Of a stretch of DNA of 64,000 nt, positions 57,781 through 64,000 are shown piece by piece. This DNA is from Firmicutes bacterium UBA5766 (GTDB taxonomy: Bacteria; Bacillota; Desulfotomaculia; Desulfotomaculales; Nap2-2B). The notes beneath the pieces are model-generated. The model ran no database searches, was not told the origin of the DNA, and saw only the letters and a program-made list of their open reading frames with translations. Both the position numbers and the translations under genes were made by a program. The stretch lies in NCBI GenBank assembly GCA_002418775.1, contig DIEU01000033.1, forward strand, positions 125 through 64,124, in the 5' to 3' direction. Within the stretch, counting starts at the first letter, position 1, and each line of letters starts with the position of its first letter.

Positions 57781-58647
57781 GTGGACAGATCCGCTTTCGA
57801 CAGTACCGGAAGTTACCTGGTCTCAACTGACCTGCGCAATACGGTAAACATTGCTGTTGCCCTGGGAAGGCCGCTTTTAATCAAAGGTGAGCCGGGAACC
57901 GGCAAGACTATGCTGGCCAAGGCTATAGCCGAATCTTTGGGGTTTGATCTAATTATCTGGAACATTAAATCAACCACCAAAGCCCAGGAAGGGCTCTACG
58001 TTTACGACACAGTCCAGCGATTGTATGACGGTCAATTTGGCGACCATGACGTTTCAGACATAAAACAGTATATTAAACTCGGTAAGCTGGGTGAGTCTTT
58101 TGATGTAGATAAACGCGTCGTGCTTCTGATTGATGAAATTGACAAAGCAGACCTCGAGTTCCCCAATGACCTTTTATGGGAACTTGATATTATGAATTTT
58201 TATATTCCTGAAACCAAGGAAACTATTACAGCCAAACACAGGCCGATTGTGGTAATCACAAGCAACGCTGAAAAAGAACTGCCTGACGCATTTCTTAGGC
58301 GCTGTGTTTTTCATTACATTGATTTTCCTAATGAAGACATGATGCTGAAAATCATCAAGACGCATTACCCCGATATGGAAAAAACGCTGCTTGATGAAGC
58401 ATTAAACGCTTTTTACTGGATTAGAGGTATAAATGGTCTTCAGAAAAAACCCAGCACCAGCGAACTTTTAGACTGGGTTCAGGCTCTTGTAGTAGGCGGG
58501 ATAAGTTACAATCGAATCTGTTCCGACCTGCCCTTTTTAGGGGTCCTGTTAAAGAAGAATCAGGATTTTGAAGTTGTCCTCCGCCGCCTGCAGGCGGGAG
58601 GCGTTCAAAGGAAAACGTCTTCAACCGGCGCCCGCCGCGGTTATTGA
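57781..58647 (+). CDS. MoxR-like AAA+ ATPase (AAA_5 / CbbQ-NorQ-CoxD type)
   Basis: Walker A GEPGTGKT, Walker B VLLIDEIDKA, and sensor region ITSNAEKELPDAFLRRC. Confidence 0.85.
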   Translation: MDRSAFDSTGSYLVSTDLRNTVNIAVALGRPLLIKGEPGTGKTMLAKAIAESLGFDLIIWNIKSTTKAQEGLYVYDTVQRLYDGQFGDHDVSDIKQYIKLGKLGESFDVDKRVVLLIDEIDKADLEFPNDLLWELDIMNFYIPETKETITAKHRPIVVITSNAEKELPDAFLRRCVFHYIDFPNEDMMLKIIKTHYPDMEKTLLDEALNAFYWIRGINGLQKKPSTSELLDWVQALVVGGISYNRICSDLPFLGVLLKKNQDFEVVLRRLQAGGVQRKTSSTGARRGY

Positions 58648-58657
58648 GGTACAGATA

Positions 58658-59854
58658 ATGTTTACCGGACTTTTTTATACCCTGCGTGAAGAAGGAGTCC
58701 CTGTTTCCCTGACCGAATGGATGACTTTGATGGAAGCCTTACACAAAGGATTGTCCGGCGCCAGCCTGAACGGTTTCTATTACCTGGCGCGTTCGCTGCT
58801 GGTCAAAAGCGAAACGTATTTTGACCGTTTTGACCTTGCTTTTTACCGTTTTTTTCAGGATATTGAAACTTCACCGGAACTTGCTGAAAGGGTTATGAAA
58901 TGGCTTGAAAAATCGCTGCCGCCAAAGCAAGTTGATCCGAACGAGCGTAAGCCTTTCAGCCCTTGGGATTTGGAAGAACTGCGCAAAGCGCTTGAAGAAC
59001 GGTTGAACCAGCAGACGGAACAACATCATGGAGGAGGGCGCTGGATTGGAACCGGAGGCACTTCTCCTTTTGGACATTCAGGATACAACCCGGCCGGTAT
59101 ACGAATCGGGGGGGAATCAGTAAATCACTCCGCAGTAAAAGTTGCAGCCCAGAGGCGCTACCGGGATTTTCGCACAGATGATACCCTTACTACACGCCAG
59201 TTTGAAGTAGCTCTGCGCAAGTTGCGCGAACTGAGCTACAACGAAGAAGGGCCAAAGGAAGAACTTGACCTGGAAGGCACCATTGACGCTACCTGTAAAA
59301 AGGCAGGAAACCTGGAACTGGTCTGGGAAAGGCCTAGAAAAAACATTATTAAGCTTGTCCTGCTGATGGACGCCGGCGGTTCTATGCAGCCTTATTCCAG
59401 GTTGTGCAGCCAGCTTTTTAACGCCGCAAGTAAAATCAATCATTTCAAGGACACCAGATATTACTTTTTTCATAATTGTGTTTACGACCGCCTCTACCTT
59501 GATCCATACTGTATGAAGAAAAACTCTCTTTCTACAACTGAAGTTTTAAATAACCTCGGCCGTGATTACCGTTTAATCATAGTCGGGGATGCAAGTATGT
59601 CGCCCGGTGAATTGATGATGCCCGGCGGCATCCTTAGCTGGGATGATTACAACGAAGAACCGGGCATCATCTGGCTGCAGAGGCTGTTTTCTTACTTTAA
59701 ATTTTCAGTCTGGTTAAATCCTATCCCAGGCAAATACTGGCAAGCATTTTATGGCTCCGAGTCGATAAGCCTGATCAGGAGAGTTTTCCCCATGTTTGAG
59801 CTGACAGTAGACGGTTTGGAACAGGCTGTCAAAGGTCTGAAAGCTAAGATTTAA
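58658..59854 (+). CDS. VWA-domain protein (CoxE-like), partner of the MoxR ATPase
   Basis: ATG at 58658 follows GAGG. The N-terminus is MFTGLFYTLREEGVPVSLTEW and the MIDAS-like motif is LLMDAGGSM. Confidence 0.8.
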   Translation: MFTGLFYTLREEGVPVSLTEWMTLMEALHKGLSGASLNGFYYLARSLLVKSETYFDRFDLAFYRFFQDIETSPELAERVMKWLEKSLPPKQVDPNERKPFSPWDLEELRKALEERLNQQTEQHHGGGRWIGTGGTSPFGHSGYNPAGIRIGGESVNHSAVKVAAQRRYRDFRTDDTLTTRQFEVALRKLRELSYNEEGPKEELDLEGTIDATCKKAGNLELVWERPRKNIIKLVLLMDAGGSMQPYSRLCSQLFNAASKINHFKDTRYYFFHNCVYDRLYLDPYCMKKNSLSTTEVLNNLGRDYRLIIVGDASMSPGELMMPGGILSWDDYNEEPGIIWLQRLFSYFKFSVWLNPIPGKYWQAFYGSESISLIRRVFPMFELTVDGLEQAVKGLKAKI

Positions 59855-59906
59855 TCTGAAAGCTGAGATTTAAATAGAAGCAACGGGGAAATCTGGTGGA
59901 GAGTCT

Positions 59907-60683
59907 TTGGATATCGTCATTGCCGAAAATTTGCTTAAACAATACAATGGATTTACAGCAGTACGGGAAGTAAACTTTACAATCAGGGCTAAAGAGTGTT
60001 TTGGATTTTTGGGGCCCAACGGCGCCGGCAAAACATCCCTTGTTAAAATGATTTATGGGTTCTCACCGGTAACATCAGGAAAACTGACAGTCTTCGGAAT
60101 GGACGTAGAGACAAAGATCAGAGATATCAAACGGCTGCTCGGTGTTGTCCCTCAAGATAATAACCTGGATCCCGACTTGAAAGTGCTTCAGAATTTACTG
60201 GTCTATGCAAGTTATTTTGGAATTGACGTTCGTCTGGCCAGGGAAAGGGCGGAAGAACTGCTCGAATTTTTCGGCTTGAAAGAAAAAGCCGGGGAAATAG
60301 TAGAATCCCTTTCCGGCGGCATGAAAAGACGCCTGACAATTGCACGTGCGCTGATCAACAAACCAAAACTTCTAATCCTTGACGAACCGACAACAGGTCT
60401 TGATCCGCAAGCCCGCCACATGGTCTGGCAGCGCTTGCGCTTTCTTAAAGAACAGGGCGTGACCCTAATCCTAACAACTCATTACATGGAGGAAGCCAGT
60501 CAACTTTGCGACCGTTTGGTTATTATGGATTTAGGGGAAATATTGGTGGAGGGAACCCCCAAAAAATTAGTAGCCGACTATACCGCTGAAATTTCAGGCC
60601 AAATTGTTCAAGATAAAAAAGAACAGCCGGCTACATTAGAAGATGTCTTTCTCAAACTGACCGGCAGAAAACTGCAGGATTAA
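59907..60683 (+). CDS. ABC transporter ATP-binding protein (ABC-2 / DrrA-NodI type)
   Basis: Walker A GPNGAGKTS, signature LSGGMKRR, and Walker B LLILDEPT. Confidence 0.9.
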   Translation: MDIVIAENLLKQYNGFTAVREVNFTIRAKECFGFLGPNGAGKTSLVKMIYGFSPVTSGKLTVFGMDVETKIRDIKRLLGVVPQDNNLDPDLKVLQNLLVYASYFGIDVRLARERAEELLEFFGLKEKAGEIVESLSGGMKRRLTIARALINKPKLLILDEPTTGLDPQARHMVWQRLRFLKEQGVTLILTTHYMEEASQLCDRLVIMDLGEILVEGTPKKLVADYTAEISGQIVQDKKEQPATLEDVFLKLTGRKLQD

Positions 60684-60684
60684 C

Positions 60685-61473
60685 GTGGAAGCGCTAAAAA
60701 GAATGTTACGGATGGACATATCACCTCTGGTCTGGAAGGTTTTTCGCAGGCATTTGATTGTATTCAGCCGGAACTGGAAAGTAAATATTTCTTTTAATTT
60801 CTTTGAACCTCTTCTTTACCTTACTGCTTTGGGAATTGGACTGGGCGCATATGTTCAACCAATTGAGGGGACTCCTTACCTTAACTATCTGGCCCCGGGA
60901 TTAGTTGCTTCATCCGCTGTTTTTGCCACCGCCTATGAGTGCACATACGGCACTTTTATACGTATGGAATTTCAGAAGACATTTCAGGCAATGGTAGCGA
61001 CTCCGGTAAGCATGGACGATGTAATTGCCGGTGAAATCCTTTACGGGGTTTTTAAAAGTATCTTATATAGTCTGGTCATCCTGGTAGTTATATTTGCTCT
61101 TGGTCTTATTAAATCACCCTGGACTTTGTTTATTCCATGCGTGATGTTTGTCGGAGGCGCTTTGTTCGCCATTTTGTCGATTATTTGGACGGGGCTTGTG
61201 CCTAATATCGAGAGCTTTAACTATTATTTCTCACTAGTTATGACTCCGTTATTTTTGTTTTCCGGTGTTTTTTTTCCGCTCACGGGAATGAGCGTAATAG
61301 TTCAAAAAATTGTCTGGATTAGCCCGCTTTACCACCTTGTCAATCTAACCCGCGGAATGATCCTCGGCAGGGTGGGTATTAATTTGTTTTGGGATTTTAT
61401 CTGGTTGGCGGCAGCGGTGCTTATTTTGCTTCCAGTCCCATTTTATTTAATGCGCAAGTTGATGATCAGGTAG
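60685..61473 (+). CDS. ABC-2 type transporter permease
   Basis: 262 aa with six hydrophobic segments. It follows the ATPase gene after a 1-nt gap. Confidence 0.85.
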   Translation: MEALKRMLRMDISPLVWKVFRRHLIVFSRNWKVNISFNFFEPLLYLTALGIGLGAYVQPIEGTPYLNYLAPGLVASSAVFATAYECTYGTFIRMEFQKTFQAMVATPVSMDDVIAGEILYGVFKSILYSLVILVVIFALGLIKSPWTLFIPCVMFVGGALFAILSIIWTGLVPNIESFNYYFSLVMTPLFLFSGVFFPLTGMSVIVQKIVWISPLYHLVNLTRGMILGRVGINLFWDFIWLAAAVLILLPVPFYLMRKLMIR

Positions 61474-61530
61474 CAAAGAAGATAATGTATTAAAACAGGT
61501 AACCATGGGTTAGTAAGGAGGTTTGAACAA

Positions 61531-61974
61531 ATGAAGCGGATTGTTGTAGCGGTGGACGGTTCCGAAAGTTCCTTAAGAGCGGTCAGCCATGCTCTAAAGT
61601 TAAAGAAACTCAGTTCACACGTGCATGTCACTGCGCTTTATATTGGCCCGTCATGTTACGATCTTTTTCCTGAGCCCGGTGCTTGTTCGGGTTTCCAGCA
61701 AAAGGAACTAGATAAGGAAATTGAGTCCAGGGCAAATGAGGTCTTTAAAAAAATTGACAAGATCGCTGGCGGAAAAAGCTCAAGTATTGAAAAGGCTATT
61801 GGCCGGGGTGACGCCGCCGCCGCGATAAGCAAGTTTGCGGCGGAAGGCGGTTTTGACCTTATAATTATAGGATTCCACGGATATGAAGAGGATGAAGGTT
61901 CAAAATTCTGGCTTGGCGGGGTTTGTTATAAAGTTTTGCATATGTGCCAGTGTCCTGTAACCGTTGTAAAATAA
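61531..61974 (+). CDS. Universal stress protein (UspA family)
   Basis: MKRIVVAVDGSESSLRAV ... DLIIIGFHG ... GGVCYKVLHMCQCPVTVV. Confidence 0.8.
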   Translation: MKRIVVAVDGSESSLRAVSHALKLKKLSSHVHVTALYIGPSCYDLFPEPGACSGFQQKELDKEIESRANEVFKKIDKIAGGKSSSIEKAIGRGDAAAAISKFAAEGGFDLIIIGFHGYEEDEGSKFWLGGVCYKVLHMCQCPVTVVK

Positions 61975-61997
61975 TCACATAATGATTTATTTATCCT

Positions 61998-62606
61998 TTA
62001 ATTTATCAAGATATCATTAAGAGACAACCTGTTCCGAGGAGGAGGAAATTCTGCTGGATAACCGATTGGAAGAAGGGCTACCACGGATATATTATTCCCC
62101 CAGCCGAAAATACTTTTTATCTCCTTTTCTTCAAATAGTCTTACCCAGCAGGCGCCAAGTCCAAAATCCAAAGCCCTTAACACGATATGCTCTATTGCTA
62201 TGGCAGTGTTCAGGGCAATTCTAACCCCAATTTCTTCGAAGTTCATTTTGCTTACGTTGTTAATACGATCCAGGACAACCTCGACTACATTTTGATCTAC
62301 CGCTTTGATCCTCCCAAGGTCTTGTGTTCTGGAAACACTTCCGTCCAGATAACCGTTTATGTTCACACAGCAGACAAATACAACAGGAGCGCCGGCAATA
62401 AATGTCTGGTTGAAAGCGGCCTGAGCAAGTTTCAGCCTCGTCTTTTCATCCTTAACAATTTTAAAACGCCAGGGTTGAGCATTACAGGCCGAGGGCGCCA
62501 GTCTGGCTGAATCCAGCAACGCGTCAATTTGTTCCTGAGGAACAGGATCTGGCTTGAATTTTCTGATGCTGCGTCTTTGTTCGATTGCTTCCTTGGTCGT
62601 GAGCAA
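61998..62606 (-). CDS. Nitroreductase-family protein
   Basis: AIEQRRSIRKFKPDPV and APSACNAQPWRF. Confidence 0.85.
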   Translation of the reverse strand: MLTTKEAIEQRRSIRKFKPDPVPQEQIDALLDSARLAPSACNAQPWRFKIVKDEKTRLKLAQAAFNQTFIAGAPVVFVCCVNINGYLDGSVSRTQDLGRIKAVDQNVVEVVLDRINNVSKMNFEEIGVRIALNTAIAIEHIVLRALDFGLGACWVRLFEEKEIKSIFGWGNNISVVALLPIGYPAEFPPPRNRLSLNDILIN

Positions 62607-62764
62607 TTTTATCTTCCCTTTCTTCTATAACAATTGACCATCTTTATTATACATTATTTTCTCTATTTCCAACTTAACAAAAAAGCTGGTTTTATTATGC
62701 TAAATTAACCGTTATATGTTATTATTGATGCGTTAATGTTCTCTAATTTTATTGGAGGTGATTA

Positions 62765-63241
62765 TTGCCGGATTTTTCCGGTAAAATCAATATGGAGAGA
62801 ACTTTCGTAATGATTAAACCCGAAGGATTACAGCGAGGGCTGGCGGGAGAAATAATCGCCAGACTAGAAAAAAAAGGTTTGAAAATGATTGCTATGAAAA
62901 TGCTTGTTATTTCCGTGGACCTGGCAAATAAACATTACGGAGAACACGTCGGCAAACCTTTTTTTGAAAAACTGGTCAAGTATATAACCTGCGGTCCCGT
63001 TATCGCCATGGTACTTGAGGGCAAAAACGCAGTAAGCACTGTACGCGCCATGATGGGTTCCACGGATCCTTTAAAGGCGGAACAGGGAACAATCAGGGCA
63101 ACTTACGGTATGGATATGGGCAGAAATATTATCCATGGCTCAGATTCACCGGCCAGCGCCGACAGGGAAATCGGCAACTTTTTTAAGACAGAAGAATTAA
63201 TCGATTACACAAGAAGCATTGAACTCTGGGTTTATGAATAA
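62765..63241 (+). CDS. ndk: Nucleoside-diphosphate kinase
   Basis: [11 protein letters not shown] and NIIHGSD (catalytic His). TTG at 62765 lies 7 nt after GGAGG, giving a 9-aa extension. The internal ATG at 62792 has no RBS. Confidence 0.9.
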   Translation: MPDFSGKINMERTFVMIKPEGLQRGLAGEIIARLEKKGLKMIAMKMLVISVDLANKHYGEHVGKPFFEKLVKYITCGPVIAMVLEGKNAVSTVRAMMGSTDPLKAEQGTIRATYGMDMGRNIIHGSDSPASADREIGNFFKTEELIDYTRSIELWVYE

Positions 63242-63274
63242 AAACAGATACTTCTTAAAGGAGGATCACGGATT

Positions 63275-64000
63275 ATGATATTGCGCCTGGGCCTGCCTAA
63301 AGGCAGCCTCCAGGAAGCTACTTTTGTTTTATTCAAGAGAGCGGGATTCAACATCAAGCTTCCCGCCCGTTCATACTACCCTGTCATAGATGATCCGGAA
63401 CTTGAAGTAATGCTTATGCGCGCCCAGGAAATCCCTCGTTATGTAAGCGATGGTGTTTTGGACGCCGGCCTTAGTGGTTATGACTGGATTATGGAGAACG
63501 GCGCTGATGTAATTGAAGTAGCTGAACTGGTTTACTCCAAAAACACACCTAACCCAATCCGTTTGGTGCTTGCTGTTGCCAAAGACAGTGAAATAAAAGA
63601 AATAAAAGATTTACAGGGTAAACGTATTGCCACCGAATTGGTACAGGTAACCAGACGTTTCCTGTCCGATCACAATGTGCAGGCGATAATAGAATTTTCA
63701 TACGGAGCAACAGAAGTAAAAGTGCCCGAATTGGTTGACGCAATAGCTGATATCACGGAAACAGGCAGTTCTCTTCAAGCAAATAACCTTCGTATAATCG
63801 CAACGATTCTTCAATCAACCCCTCGCCTGCATGCCAGCAGAATGGCCTGGGATGATCCCTGGAAGAAGGAAAAACTTCAGAATCTTGCGGTTTTACTGGA
63901 AGGCGCCTTAAGAGCTGATGATAAAGTAGGACTAAAAATGAACGTTCCGGGAGAAAAGCTTAATGAAGTCCTAAAGGTTTTGCCATCTATGAGACATCCG
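63275..64000 (+). CDS. hisG: ATP phosphoribosyltransferase, 3'-incomplete at the window edge
   Basis: ATG at 63275 follows AAAGGAGGA. Product is MILRLGLPKGSLQEATF ... DITETGSSLQANNLR. The frame stays open to position 64000, so it is not in the ORF track. Confidence 0.9.
   Translation, partial: MILRLGLPKGSLQEATFVLFKRAGFNIKLPARSYYPVIDDPELEVMLMRAQEIPRYVSDGVLDAGLSGYDWIMENGADVIEVAELVYSKNTPNPIRLVLAVAKDSEIKEIKDLQGKRIATELVQVTRRFLSDHNVQAIIEFSYGATEVKVPELVDAIADITETGSSLQANNLRIIATILQSTPRLHASRMAWDDPWKKEKLQNLAVLLEGALRADDKVGLKMNVPGEKLNEVLKVLPSMRHP

Noticed and set aside
62765-62792. 9-aa N-terminal extension of Ndk with a CCGGA/TCCGG hairpin between TTG 62765 and ATG 62792
   Set aside because: This is a start-site ambiguity rather than a feature. 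The strong GGAGG favours the TTG, and the hairpin is only 5 bp.

Overview
The window looks like a chromosomal segment of a spore-forming Firmicute of class Clostridia. Gene order and protein signatures resemble Peptococcaceae/Desulfotomaculum-type genomes, but that placement is inference only. Most of it is conserved housekeeping. (i) alaS-ireB-(aldo/keto reductase)-ruvX-DUF1292-vanW-mltG-PBP2. (ii) rpsF-ssb-rpsR-yybS-rplI-Lon-like protease-dnaB, with convergent purA. (iii) larC-larB-NUDIX, pheA and sdhCAB. (iv) MBL hydrolase, rdgB, rqcH and tRNA-Pro(CGG). (v) a lytS/lytTR-type two-component pair, acpS-nnr-alr, a MoxR/VWA pair, an ABC-2 exporter, ndk and the 5' part of hisG. The accessory or unusual parts are as follows. 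A left-end toxin-antitoxin patch holds a PIN module plus a decayed hicA next to an intact hicB. Two tandem universal-stress-protein paralogs share a 69-nt identical block. A Na+-translocating decarboxylase membrane module (two stand-alone biotin carriers, the OadB-type beta subunit and an unlisted 44-aa OadG-like ORF) has no carboxyltransferase gene and is followed by two ArsB/NhaD-type permeases. About 440 nt (19397-19838) carries no tracked ORF, is hairpin-rich and may encode a structured RNA. A 37-nt element occurs twice, about 14 kb apart. A Ser/Thr-kinase-like gene encodes its glycine loop upstream of any usable start codon, in frame behind the TGA of a zinc-ribbon gene. A small island next to tRNA-Pro holds a truncated mazF and a frameshifted parE beside intact antitoxins. 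The most interesting locus is an orphan agrB-agrD quorum-sensing cassette (the AgrD precursor is not in the ORF track). It has no AgrC/AgrA and is flanked by a kinase-less polytopic membrane protein and a membrane-anchored GGDEF + HD-GYP protein. No CRISPR array, rRNA gene, transposase or integrase was seen. All functional calls rest on motifs read from the translations and on remembered family signatures. No database search was run.
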